A DNA stretch of 64,000 bases, taken from a virus (Duplodnaviria > Caudoviricetes). The DNA lies in IMG/VR virus record IMGVR_UViG_3300011116_001229, one strand, 5' to 3'. Both the position numbers and the translations under genes were made by a program. Shown here one piece after another: positions 47,380 to 56,615 of the stretch (position 1 is its first letter; each line of letters begins with the position of its first letter). The notes under the pieces were generated by a model. It searched no databases, was not told the origin of the DNA, and saw nothing but the letters and a program-made list of their open reading frames with translations.

Positions 47380-47409
47380 TTGCAAATATCAGACTGAATG
47401 TGTTACAGT
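47380..47409 (+). promoter_or_regulatory. sigma70-like promoter
   Basis: TTGCAA-18 nt-TACAGT with extended TG upstream of fpg. Confidence 0.55.
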
Positions 47410-47439
47410 TAGATTATTAATAGAAAGGCGGGTATTCCA

Positions 47440-48285
47440 ATCCCAGAAGGTCCAGAGCTTAAACATTCACGTGATAGACTTAGAGAGGTCTTGCTTGATA
47501 AAAAAATCACAAGATTGATGACCGCTGAAACGGGTCGCTACAAAACAAAGCAACCCGATGGCATGTCAGAAATCATTGAAGATTTGCCTCTCAAGGTCAC
47601 TTCAATTGACACAAAGGGCAAGTTCATGTGGTGGACTTTGTCAGGAAAAAATAAATTTTGGTACATGTGGTGTACATACGGCATGTCAGGTCAGTGGTCG
47701 CGTGCAGCAGGCAAACACGTTGGTTTCATTGTAGAATTCAATGATTCAGGTGCACTAATCACCAGAGATCAGCAGAAGATGTTCTTTAATGACACTAGAC
47801 GGTTCGGTACAATTAAATTCGTCTGCAATCAAGATCAACATGATAAGAAGTTGAACTCACTAGGCCCAGATGTACTGGAAGACCCACCAGTTGACCCAGA
47901 ATTATTCGCAAAAAGAATTCTACATAAACCTAATCGCACAATAGCAGAAGCTCTCATGGACCAATCTTGTGTCTCTGGCGTAGGAAATTATCTCCGTTCG
48001 GAAATTTTGTATGATTGTAAAGTTGATCCCTGGCGGTGTGTAACTGATATTACTAGCGAAGAATTCGTGAAGCTGTGTGAGGCAACAATAAGAATCGCAA
48101 AGAAATCCTACAAATCACAGGGAGCGACCATCAAAACGTATCGAAATATTGATGGATCTGAAGGGACCACGCAATTTAATTTTAAGGCATACGGTCGCAG
48201 GCTGTGCCCGTCAGGTCACGTGATTGCTCGGAAGAAAGATAGAAATGGAAGGATGATGCATTGGTGTACTTTGTGTCAAAAGTAA
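47440..48285 (+). CDS. mutM: Fpg/Nei family DNA glycosylase/AP lyase (inferred ATC start)
   Basis: ATC-CCA-GAA-GGT-CCA-GAG = (M)PEGPE; 'KGKF', 'GMSG', 'DTRRFG', H2TH '[10 protein letters not shown]', C-terminal zinc finger. Confidence 0.85.
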   Translation: MPEGPELKHSRDRLREVLLDKKITRLMTAETGRYKTKQPDGMSEIIEDLPLKVTSIDTKGKFMWWTLSGKNKFWYMWCTYGMSGQWSRAAGKHVGFIVEFNDSGALITRDQQKMFFNDTRRFGTIKFVCNQDQHDKKLNSLGPDVLEDPPVDPELFAKRILHKPNRTIAEALMDQSCVSGVGNYLRSEILYDCKVDPWRCVTDITSEEFVKLCEATIRIAKKSYKSQGATIKTYRNIDGSEGTTQFNFKAYGRRLCPSGHVIARKKDRNGRMMHWCTLCQK

Positions 48286-48319
48286 GTTACATGAAGCCTG
48301 GACTCCTATATTTAGGAGT

Positions 48320-49096
48320 ATGATCATATACTCATGCTTTAATACAAACACGGGCAAACACTACATCGGGCAAACCAAGTTCACTGTATTCGAGAGGTTC
48401 CGCGGGCATCTCAAAGATGCCAGAATGCAAAAATCGTATAGAAAAGGAAGTAAGTTTCACTCAGCATTAAGAAAGTACGGGAAAGACGCGTTCATTATTA
48501 CTGTTCTCACCACATGTAATACCCAAGAGGAAACAGATTTGGCTGAGCAGTACTGGATATCGTACTTCAACTCAACGGATGATGATTTCGGATACAACAC
48601 TGCGATTGGTGGATTAACACACTTTGGCCCCAAGAATCATTCCGAGGAAACTAAGGCAAAGATGAGGGCAACAAAACTCGGCAAGAAATTTACAGAAGAG
48701 CACAAACGAAGAATAAGTGAATCCAACAAGGGAAAGCACAATCACTCAAAAGAAAATCATCCGCTTTGGGGTAAAAAACACTCTGAAGAAACTAAGCAAA
48801 AGATTGCTGATGCAAACAGAATAAAAAGCTCAGGTGAAAACAATGCACGATGGGGAGCAATAGTTTCTGATGAAACTCGAAGAAAAATATCCGAGGCAAA
48901 CAAAGGGATGTTCTTGGGATCTAAATCTCCCTCTGCGAAATTAAATGAAGATAAAGTTGTAGAAATTCTCATGTACTCTTTATCTCATTCAGAAAAAGAT
49001 ACATGCGATACCTTTTCGAAAAAATTTGATGTATCACAGCAACTCATAAAAAGTGTGGTAAGAAGAAAATCGTGGAAACATGTTGAAATTAAATAG
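48320..49096 (+). CDS. GIY-YIG homing endonuclease with NUMOD3 repeats and C-terminal HTH
   Basis: 'IIYSCFN...HYIGQT', 'GYN', 'HSEETK'; ATATTTA 5 nt upstream. Confidence 0.88.
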   Translation: MIIYSCFNTNTGKHYIGQTKFTVFERFRGHLKDARMQKSYRKGSKFHSALRKYGKDAFIITVLTTCNTQEETDLAEQYWISYFNSTDDDFGYNTAIGGLTHFGPKNHSEETKAKMRATKLGKKFTEEHKRRISESNKGKHNHSKENHPLWGKKHSEETKQKIADANRIKSSGENNARWGAIVSDETRRKISEANKGMFLGSKSPSAKLNEDKVVEILMYSLSHSEKDTCDTFSKKFDVSQQLIKSVVRRKSWKHVEIK

Positions 49097-49232
49097 TGAC
49101 GGACGGTTTTTGTCACAAGACGACGAGAGAAGAAACAGAAGACCGACGTACATCCTGGTGGTGTGAAACTTGTCAAAATTAAACTAACTTGTCAATTTAT
49201 GCTATATTTAAATTTGATGACTCAAGGTCGTT

Positions 49233-49508
49233 ATGAAGACTGACATGGCAACAAGAAGTAGCTCAGCTGGCTGGAAGATCGGTGAAAGATCTACAGAATT
49301 TCAGCTACACAAGTCTCAGCTTCCTGCGTCTAATGTCAAAAAGGTCTTGGACTACACCGAACACAGGCTGAGAATTTTTCTCCAAAGAATCTTAGACCCT
49401 CAGCAAAAACAAACACTCAATGAAGTCATTAAAAAATATTGCAAGGGCGAGGTTGCAGTTGCTTGGAAAGCTGGAAAACCTGTCTGGATTAATGTGACGA
49501 AAGATTGA
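49233..49508 (+). CDS. hypothetical protein
   Basis: 91-aa ORF, ATATTTA 49204-49210. Confidence 0.55.
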   Translation: MKTDMATRSSSAGWKIGERSTEFQLHKSQLPASNVKKVLDYTEHRLRIFLQRILDPQQKQTLNEVIKKYCKGEVAVAWKAGKPVWINVTKD

Positions 49509-49551
49509 CGTAATTTATACAGTTTGATCATTTGACTTAAAATTCAAAGCT

Positions 49552-51186
49552 ATGTACGTCAATAATGATCAACCGAAAACAACTAAAGTTGTATTTTCAT
49601 CCGAAGCGCGCAAGTCACTTTTTCAAGGAATGCAAACAGTTGCTCGTGCAGTTGGAAGCACTTTAGGACCGCGCGGTAAGACTGTTCTTATACAACAAAG
49701 CTCAAATTCTCAACCAATTATTACAAAAGACGGAGTTACAGTTAGCAAGTCTATAAATCTAAAGACTCCGATTGAGAGAATGGGAGCCCAGCTCATAAGA
49801 GAAGCAGCGTCACAGACTAATGAAATTGCAGGTGACGGCACTACAACCGCAACCGTTCTCACTTTCTCCATGGTGAAATCCGGACTTAAATTGTTGGAGG
49901 CGGGCTATGACGCTAAAGCACTTTGTTCGGGCATCACCAGCGCATCAGAAGCTGTTTCTTGTTTGTTAAAAGAAAGTGCAAAGCAATTGACAACCGTCGA
50001 AGAGATTGCTCAGATCGGAACAATCAGCGCAAACGGCGACAAATCAATAGGTCATCTCATTGCTGACGCAATGACAAAAGTGGGCCATGATGGGATCATA
50101 ACAGTTGAAGAGGCTAAGAGTATGCAAACTCAGCTTGACGTAGTTGAAGGCATGCAAATTGACAGAGGATATCTCAGTCCATATTTTGTTACCAACAATG
50201 AGAAAATGCACGCTGCTTATTCTGATGCTAAAGTTCTATTAGTTGATCAAAAACTTAATAGCATGAGAGAAATGCTGCCACTTCTTGAAAAAGTTTTGCA
50301 ATCAAAAGTTCCTTTATTAGTAATTGCTGACGAAGTTGAGGGTGAAGCTTTGCAGGGCTTAGTTGTTAACAGAATTAATGCACATTTACCTGTTGTTGCG
50401 ATTAAAGCACCTGGTTATGGCAAAAGCAGGGAAGAATTCATGCGAGACATCGCGGTAATGACTGGTGCGAAAATTGTGTCGCCTTCAACTGGTCTATCCA
50501 TGAGCAAGACAACTATGTCCGACTTGGGATCTCTCAAGAGTCTGCTTGTTGATGCAAAATCTACTACTATGGTTGGCACAGGCGCAACAAAACAGTCTAT
50601 TAATGCGCACGTTGAAGAACTTAAAATTCAATTGAGAGACATCACGCTTACACAGGAAGAAGCTGAAAGACTCAGACTTCGAGTAGCTAGATTATCTTCC
50701 GGTGTGGCTATTATCAAAGTAGGTGGAGCAACTGAGCTTGAGATCATTGAGACTAAGTACAGAATTGAAGATGCATTAAATGCAACCCGCGCTGCCGTTG
50801 ATGAAGGAATCGTTCCAGGCGGAGGGATGGCGCTGTTTGAAATTTGGAGAAAACTCTCCAGTGACAAAGATTCTGGTTGGGCTCAATTTGGCACGGGTGG
50901 ATCAATTGTTGCTGATGCTTGCTTAGCTCCCATTCAAAAGATTTCTGAAAATGCCGAGAAGAGTTACGAAGTTATTATTAGCGATCTTATGCGTCAGAAA
51001 AAAGAAGACAATTGTCCAGAGATTGGATACAACGCAGCATCTGAAGAGTACGTCAATATGATTGAAACAGGAATAATCGATCCTGTTAAAGTAACAAGAA
51101 CGGCTCTCAGAAATGCCGCCTCAGTTGCGTGTACATTTCTCTCTCTTGATGCAGTAATTGTCGAAGAAGATGATGAACAAGAATAA
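49552..51186 (+). CDS. groEL: chaperonin GroEL (no GGM tail)
   Basis: 'TLGPRG', 'ITKDGVTV', 'GDGTTTAT', 'IKAPGYG', 'GIVPGGG', 'IIDPVKV'. Confidence 0.95.
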   Translation: MYVNNDQPKTTKVVFSSEARKSLFQGMQTVARAVGSTLGPRGKTVLIQQSSNSQPIITKDGVTVSKSINLKTPIERMGAQLIREAASQTNEIAGDGTTTATVLTFSMVKSGLKLLEAGYDAKALCSGITSASEAVSCLLKESAKQLTTVEEIAQIGTISANGDKSIGHLIADAMTKVGHDGIITVEEAKSMQTQLDVVEGMQIDRGYLSPYFVTNNEKMHAAYSDAKVLLVDQKLNSMREMLPLLEKVLQSKVPLLVIADEVEGEALQGLVVNRINAHLPVVAIKAPGYGKSREEFMRDIAVMTGAKIVSPSTGLSMSKTTMSDLGSLKSLLVDAKSTTMVGTGATKQSINAHVEELKIQLRDITLTQEEAERLRLRVARLSSGVAIIKVGGATELEIIETKYRIEDALNATRAAVDEGIVPGGGMALFEIWRKLSSDKDSGWAQFGTGGSIVADACLAPIQKISENAEKSYEVIISDLMRQKKEDNCPEIGYNAASEEYVNMIETGIIDPVKVTRTALRNAASVACTFLSLDAVIVEEDDEQE

Positions 51187-51194
51187 TTTATGAT

Positions 51195-51413
51195 ATGAAT
51201 CTTGGCACGCTAGTCGCCAAAAAAATGAGATGGTCGATAACTTCATCACAAGTAGGCGTTATAATTGACAAATCCAATAAAAAAGATTGTTGGGTTGTAC
51301 TCTGGACACAAAATGGTGAATATAGAATACAAGAACACTTAGAATATGCTTTAATTGATTTGGAGGCTTATTCAGAAAGAGATTTGAAAGTTAGAAAATG
51401 CACATCGATGTAG
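51195..51413 (+). CDS. small SH3/KOW-like hypothetical protein
   Basis: 'MNLGTLV...VGVII...WVVLW'. Confidence 0.5.
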   Translation: MNLGTLVAKKMRWSITSSQVGVIIDKSNKKDCWVVLWTQNGEYRIQEHLEYALIDLEAYSERDLKVRKCTSM

Positions 51414-51631
51414 GAGACCTAGTCACTGTTCGACATCACAGTGACCCTGAAAAATTGCTAGGAATTGTTGTCAAAAAGACTATTTCTAATGAAGGAATAG
51501 AAAAGTCTGGACATTCTAGGCACATTGCAGGCTCATATTTGCCAGTTTTCTACGTATGTTCTATTGATGGTAATTTTCAAGGACCATTTTTAAGGTCAGA
51601 GCTTTCTTTGCAACAAACTTTTACACCATGA
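51398..51631 (+). CDS. small SH3/KOW-like hypothetical protein
   Basis: 'IDVGDLV...LGIVV'. Confidence 0.5.
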   Translation: MHIDVGDLVTVRHHSDPEKLLGIVVKKTISNEGIEKSGHSRHIAGSYLPVFYVCSIDGNFQGPFLRSELSLQQTFTP

Positions 51632-52023
51632 ACGCAATTTATTTGGATAGTCTTGAAATAAAGATTCCAAGCTATTTGACATGCTTGTCTCAAGAACGCA
51701 TTAATGCTCTGCTAAAACTCGATGATCTTAATGATAGAATTATAGCTTCTGGTGTTGATCCAAAAGACGGAAAAGTTGTCCTTATCTTGGCATCAGGAAT
51801 TATAATGTTATTTGACGGTGATAGCTATTACATTCCAAGAGGACGTTACATTCCAAACCCAGATGGTAAAACCGTATTTCTTTCTAATGAAAATGGCCGG
51901 TGGCCTGGCACTGTTGAGGGATTTAACGTTGAATCAGCATGGATTATTGCAAAAAGTGTCAGTGCATTAAAGAACTCTGAACTTTTTGTCAATGATAAAT
52001 CTTTTGGAACATTTGAAATTTAA
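51628..52023 (+). CDS. hypothetical protein
   Basis: 131-aa ORF, ATGA overlap. Confidence 0.55.
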   Translation: MNAIYLDSLEIKIPSYLTCLSQERINALLKLDDLNDRIIASGVDPKDGKVVLILASGIIMLFDGDSYYIPRGRYIPNPDGKTVFLSNENGRWPGTVEGFNVESAWIIAKSVSALKNSELFVNDKSFGTFEI

Positions 52024-52059
52024 AACAAACACATACTGAAAGGATACAATAAAACGCAG

Positions 52060-52383
52060 ATGGACGCAAGAAACGATAGTGAAAATTTTGACACTTATGA
52101 TTCAGGTGAAGTTAGAAGATCTCGAAGTAAGAATAAAAATAAGAGACATACTTCAGTACGCAAAGATGAGAGAGATGATAGACTTGTTCTGAACGGCGTT
52201 GTTGAAGAAGCATTGCCCGGAACTTGGTTTAATATCAAAATAAATAATGGAGATGTAACCGTCTTAGCAACTCTCAGCGGTAAAATGAGACAAAATCATA
52301 TTCAGATTTTGCCGGGTGACAAGGTAACAGTTGAAGTTTCTCCGTATGACACATCTCGCGGTAGAATTACAAGAAGAAATTAA
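52060..52383 (+). CDS. infA: translation initiation factor IF-1 with N-terminal extension
   Basis: 'GVVEEALPG..F', 'LSGKMR.N.I.ILPGDKV.VE.SPYD..RGRI'. Confidence 0.93.
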   Translation: MDARNDSENFDTYDSGEVRRSRSKNKNKRHTSVRKDERDDRLVLNGVVEEALPGTWFNIKINNGDVTVLATLSGKMRQNHIQILPGDKVTVEVSPYDTSRGRITRRN

Positions 52384-52396
52384 CAGAAGGTGATTT

Positions 52397-52567
52397 ATGC
52401 ACGAATGGACAATGGAACATCCTTATTTAACGTTTACTCTTGCTTTTTTTTGGATAATCATGCTGAACAACATCATAATGGGCTTGATAAGATCTCCTGA
52501 AAAGTCTGAGAATGAAACTAAGACCAAGAAGTCTTCCTTGCTTAATGACGACTCTGAGAAAAATTGA
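52397..52567 (+). CDS. 56-aa single-TM microprotein
   Basis: Manual translation MHEWTMEHPYLTFTLAFFWIIMLNNIIMGL...; SD GAAGGTG. Confidence 0.45.
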   Translation: MHEWTMEHPYLTFTLAFFWIIMLNNIIMGLIRSPEKSENETKTKKSSLLNDDSEKN

Positions 52568-52637
52568 CTAGTTTGTTTAAAAGTCTGACTCTTAGGTATC
52601 ATAGATGATTTAAATAATGATACTTAAGTAAGTCAGA

Positions 52638-53027
52638 ATGATTAACAAAATAGTCGATAATATTCACAGAGTACATTCTCGCTTAAGAGAAAAGAATAAG
52701 TCAAAAAGACGATCCCCTGACTGGGATAAAGTGCGAGATGCTCATCTCTCATTGCACCCATTGTGTGCTGCATGTGGTGGGTCTGAAGAGCTTCAGGTTC
52801 ACCACATTATTCCTTTTCACGTTGAAGCTTCGATGGAACTTGAGCCTTCAAATTTGGTGACTCTATGTATGGGTCGTTTAAATTGTCACCTACATGTTGG
52901 TCATGGAGGATCATTTCGATTTTATAATCCTAGCGTTCTTAAAGATGCCTTAGTGGCATCTGCGTCTTTTTTTAAACGACGTGATAGACTAATTGCTGAG
53001 ATAAAGAAAAATCGTCTAAGAGACTAA
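52638..53027 (+). CDS. HNH endonuclease-like protein
   Basis: 'CAACG...VHHIIP...NLVTLC...CHLHVGH'; ATACTTA 52620-52626. Confidence 0.8.
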   Translation: MINKIVDNIHRVHSRLREKNKSKRRSPDWDKVRDAHLSLHPLCAACGGSEELQVHHIIPFHVEASMELEPSNLVTLCMGRLNCHLHVGHGGSFRFYNPSVLKDALVASASFFKRRDRLIAEIKKNRLRD

Positions 53028-53371
53028 TTGTCAAGCTCGTCTAACGAATCTTCGTCAATTTCATCTATCTCTGCTGTTGTTTCAGCGGGCGATGAAGGTG
53101 GCGGGGGTGGATTCATTCCAATATAAGCTGCTGCATCATCGGGTCTATAATTCCCGCCTGTTGCCTTGTCGCCAGGAGACTTGTACCAATAACCGTAGAT
53201 GTCAACTCCGCGTTCAATATTATAATTATCATACGGAGCGCCCGCTGATGTAGGATCTGTTGTGACACCAGGGCCTGCAGAGTCTGTTTGTTTGATCGAC
53301 CTTTGACCACGTTTAGCTTCTAGAATTAGCCTGATGTATGTACGTAGAGAATTATTCTGATTATTTCTCAT
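53024..53371 (-). CDS. hypothetical protein with LRTYIRLILEA N-terminus
   Basis: 115-aa ORF, acidic/Pro-rich tail. Confidence 0.6.
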   Translation of the reverse strand: MRNNQNNSLRTYIRLILEAKRGQRSIKQTDSAGPGVTTDPTSAGAPYDNYNIERGVDIYGYWYKSPGDKATGGNYRPDDAAAYIGMNPPPPPSSPAETTAEIDEIDEDSLDELDN

Positions 53372-53372
53372 G

Positions 53373-53573
53373 TCAGCATCCGCACGGTCGACCGTAACCG
53401 CCCCCGAATTCTTCTATGTCTTCTTCGGTCTCACTCATACTTTTATCATCTTCGTCTTCGGGCCGAGTAGTTGCTAGAGGACTCATGCTCCATACTGCAT
53501 CTAAGTTTCCCTCATTCATAGACTCATTAATGAGAAGACGGATTGTAGTCCTAAGAATTTTTAAAGAATTCAT
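53373..53573 (-). CDS. small acidic protein with LRTTIRLLINE motif
   Basis: Tandem ATATTTA motifs 6 nt upstream. Confidence 0.55.
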   Translation of the reverse strand: MNSLKILRTTIRLLINESMNEGNLDAVWSMSPLATTRPEDEDDKSMSETEEDIEEFGGGYGRPCGC

Positions 53574-53576
53574 TGT

Positions 53577-53598
53577 GTGTAAATATGGTGTAAATATG
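53577..53598. repeat. tandem 11-bp duplication containing the ATATTTA element (minus strand)
   Basis: GTGTAAATATG x2. Confidence 0.7.
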
Positions 53599-53641
53599 GT
53601 CAATTAATCAATAATATATTAAGCGTTAAGATGAGTAAGCT

Positions 53642-53833
53642 ATGGTAAAGCTGATGAACTTAGAAGAAGGAGTAGATTGGTATCGAGACACCTCGACAGG
53701 CAATTACGTGTGGACTTCTAAGTTCTTGCTCGATCGCGGCTTTTGTTGCCACGGTGGGTGCAGGCACTGCCCCTATGATGAAAAAGGGGCAGTGAAACCT
53801 GAACATCAAATTAAAATTAATGTGATTCGCTAG
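53642..53833 (+). CDS. DUF5522-like small Cys protein
   Basis: 'YVWT..FLL.RG.CC..GCRHCPY'. Confidence 0.75.
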   Translation: MVKLMNLEEGVDWYRDTSTGNYVWTSKFLLDRGFCCHGGCRHCPYDEKGAVKPEHQIKINVIR

Positions 53834-55071
53834 GACGATCGACGAGGACGGCCTACATAAGGCAGTACTATTTTGTAATCACCTGGTCGTTCTAGTACCA
53901 CTTCAATCCTAACCTCGTCAGGAATCGGCAAGTCAAAATGCTTCTCGATGGCCTCTTTTGGGTTCTTTATCAGATGTGCCTTAAACACAGGATCATCGAC
54001 AGCTTTCTGAATCAACTCACGTTCAAGCTCACTTCGTGACATGATTCCGAACATCTCATGCCAACCCCTAGCCCTTCTCTTACTCTCTTTCGTTATCTCT
54101 TGCTTCTGTCTAGGTTTCTTGGAATGAACTGGATGATCGTTCAAGTTACCTTGTAACGGCCAATTATAGAAAACATCTCGCCGCGTGGTGACAGCATCAG
54201 GATTAAGAACTTTGCCGTACCCATCATCTTGCATCAACCAATCACACATCTCTTTGGTGGGAACATCTCCATGGTAATAATCCCAATTGGAGTACCAATC
54301 GCCCACACCGATTCGTGGCTCATTCGTCGACATACCATTGTTGGGGCATCCAGCGCAAGACCCGTCTTGGTCAGGCCACCAGACGAGGAAAACCTCTCTG
54401 TTGTTATCGACCTGATCTTGAGCAAATTTACGTGCATCATCGTCCGTCCATCCATCCCAAAACTCATTCTTCGGATCATGAAGTATCGACCACTTCTTAC
54501 CCATCTCCATCTTCGTGATATTGTACCGAGATGATACAATCGTCTTACCGGTTAAATCGTTGAATGCGTCAGGATTGAAGAACTGGGTGTTTGCATATTC
54601 AGGATCCTGTGTTGGGAAGAAAACATTTGGATCGGCAAGATCACTCACGGTGAAACTCTTGCCAGAAACGGGATCTGTGTAAACTTCATTCCAATGTTTG
54701 TCAGGATTCTGAGAGAAGTCTCCAAAGTCAGACTGGGCTTGCTGAAAAGTAGCGCCAAACCGACCCCAAAGATCTCCGAATGCATTTTGCAGGCTAGACG
54801 GCGTATTATCTTGATAAGATCCCATCAATGACTGTATCGCGTAACCTGTGATCGCAGCGCCAGGAAAATCGACATCACCAATTCCTGCGAAGATGAGGTC
54901 CATGACGTTCGTCATGACGTGCTGACCTGGATCCTCGCTAGATTGGCTCAGCTTGTCATATATCTCATTGATGACATCAGCAAGCTGAAGATGAGTGTGG
55001 TCGAGCCATAATGAGATGAAATAACAGTTCTTTCTGAGATGATCAATTTGCTCTGGGGTGGGCTGTTTCAT
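53830..55071 (-). CDS. hypothetical protein with C-terminal NHLP (nitrile-hydratase-like leader) domain
   Basis: C-terminal 'ELIQKAVDDPVFKAHLIKNPKEAIE....IPDEVRIEVVLE....IVLP'. Confidence 0.7.
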   Translation of the reverse strand: MKQPTPEQIDHLRKNCYFISLWLDHTHLQLADVINEIYDKLSQSSEDPGQHVMTNVMDLIFAGIGDVDFPGAAITGYAIQSLMGSYQDNTPSSLQNAFGDLWGRFGATFQQAQSDFGDFSQNPDKHWNEVYTDPVSGKSFTVSDLADPNVFFPTQDPEYANTQFFNPDAFNDLTGKTIVSSRYNITKMEMGKKWSILHDPKNEFWDGWTDDDARKFAQDQVDNNREVFLVWWPDQDGSCAGCPNNGMSTNEPRIGVGDWYSNWDYYHGDVPTKEMCDWLMQDDGYGKVLNPDAVTTRRDVFYNWPLQGNLNDHPVHSKKPRQKQEITKESKRRARGWHEMFGIMSRSELERELIQKAVDDPVFKAHLIKNPKEAIEKHFDLPIPDEVRIEVVLERPGDYKIVLPYVGRPRRSS

Positions 55072-55511
55072 TAATAATCCTCGTATCTTTCACATTTATA
55101 GTCTATGCATGCATCATACCTGTTGCAGCAATCAATGTCAGACTCGCAACTCTCAAATGTGTCTGAGCAGTCGCAATGTCTCTTGCCGCAGCTACCGATT
55201 AGATCATCGAGCGCCGGATCTTCCAGCCAGTCAGTTGGGCCTGCTTCGTGTGTCTTAACAGGTTTCATGGGAGCTGCCGAAGGTGCGTGTTGCACACTTG
55301 CCGAGCCAGTTGGATCAGGTGGAACAATTACCACAGTTGCTTTTGGAGCGAGAAAAAATCCGGGATCATCCACAGTGATTGGGTCAGGATGCTTAAAATC
55401 TTTGTTTTCCAAACTGACTTCTGGATCGTCCCAAACTAAGGTGCACCAACCAAGAGTTACCATGACAGGAAGGGCGATGACAATAGCTGTGTCTAATTTT
55501 TTGCTCTTCAT
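55071..55511 (-). CDS. membrane-anchored protein with Pro-rich linker and C-terminal Cys-rich domain
   Basis: N-terminal TM; C-x6-C-x5-CC-x5-C-x4-C; stop overlaps next start. Confidence 0.6.
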   Translation of the reverse strand: MKSKKLDTAIVIALPVMVTLGWCTLVWDDPEVSLENKDFKHPDPITVDDPGFFLAPKATVVIVPPDPTGSASVQHAPSAAPMKPVKTHEAGPTDWLEDPALDDLIGSCGKRHCDCSDTFESCESDIDCCNRYDACIDYKCERYEDY

Positions 55512-55558
55512 AGTTTGTATATTGTTATAATAAATCTAGAAAAGTGTACAAACGTGTG

Positions 55559-56566
55559 TCAAGGTACGATGCGCCCGATACTCTCAGGATCATCGCTCCA
55601 GTACAGGACAACCCCGTCAAGTTTGCTGATCAAAAACTCCATCATTGAATTTTCTGAATCAAAGTCGACGACTTCTCCGTTGTTATACAGCTTCCAGGCT
55701 TCAAGCTCTCTAAGAACATCGACTTTGCTCATGATGAGGTCTGTCACACCGTTAATACGAGTAGCTTTTACCAGACGATCTACGTCTAGCCAGTTGCATT
55801 GTCTTGGTCTTCCCGTCGTCGCGCCGTATTCATTTCCCATGTTTCTGATCTTAGAGAAAATGATATCGTCGGGTTCAAACTTTTTAGATCCTACGTAGGT
55901 TTCGTAGATTTTAGCTGCACCGTAGATTCTTCTAATCTTCTGAGGGGGAACGCCATTCATAACTGCAGAACCAGCAGTGCAGTGTGACGAGGTGACATAC
56001 GGATAATCTCCCCAATCTATGTCTAGGTAAAACCCCTGCGCACCTTCAAATAATATTCTGCTGTCATTCTGTGCCAAGTGCAGTTCATCATAGATGTCTA
56101 TGAGATAGTTTTGTAGTTCAGGTATCTGAGAGGCTCTAATTCCTTTGCGGTCGTACTTGTCGCGGTAAGCAGGACCGTTGCCGCGACGGGTGGTGCCGAT
56201 CACAACTTCTTTTGAATCTTCAAGGAGGTGATCATCAGTGATGATGTGAGTGTTGGCTGAGATCTTCACCAGGTCTCTCACGTAAACGCTGCTCTCTTCG
56301 AGTTCTCGTAGCTCTTTGAAGAAGTGTTTGACATTGAGAACACAACCCGGTCCGATGATGCTACGAACGCCGTGAAGTACACCCACGGGAATTGCGTGAG
56401 TCACTACTTTCTCACCGTTTAGATAGATCGTGTGACCGGCATTATTGCTGCCGTTATAACGAACTACATGAGTGTATTCGCCGTGCTGGGTCAAGTAATT
56501 TGCGATCTTGCCCTTACCGCTATCGCCTTGCTGGAGGTCTACTATGATGTCTGCGTAATTGATCAC
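55559..56566 (-). CDS. purA: adenylosuccinate synthetase
   Basis: 'GDSGKGK', 'NAGHT', 'FEGAQG', 'DWGDYPYVTSS', 'EYGATTGRPR'. Confidence 0.93.
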   Translation of the reverse strand: MINYADIIVDLQQGDSGKGKIANYLTQHGEYTHVVRYNGSNNAGHTIYLNGEKVVTHAIPVGVLHGVRSIIGPGCVLNVKHFFKELRELEESSVYVRDLVKISANTHIITDDHLLEDSKEVVIGTTRRGNGPAYRDKYDRKGIRASQIPELQNYLIDIYDELHLAQNDSRILFEGAQGFYLDIDWGDYPYVTSSHCTAGSAVMNGVPPQKIRRIYGAAKIYETYVGSKKFEPDDIIFSKIRNMGNEYGATTGRPRQCNWLDVDRLVKATRINGVTDLIMSKVDVLRELEAWKLYNNGEVVDFDSENSMMEFLISKLDGVVLYWSDDPESIGRIVP

Positions 56567-56615
56567 TCTATTTCTCCCATGCTGATACTAATTTGGTCGG
56601 TCGTGTATGTGTAAA

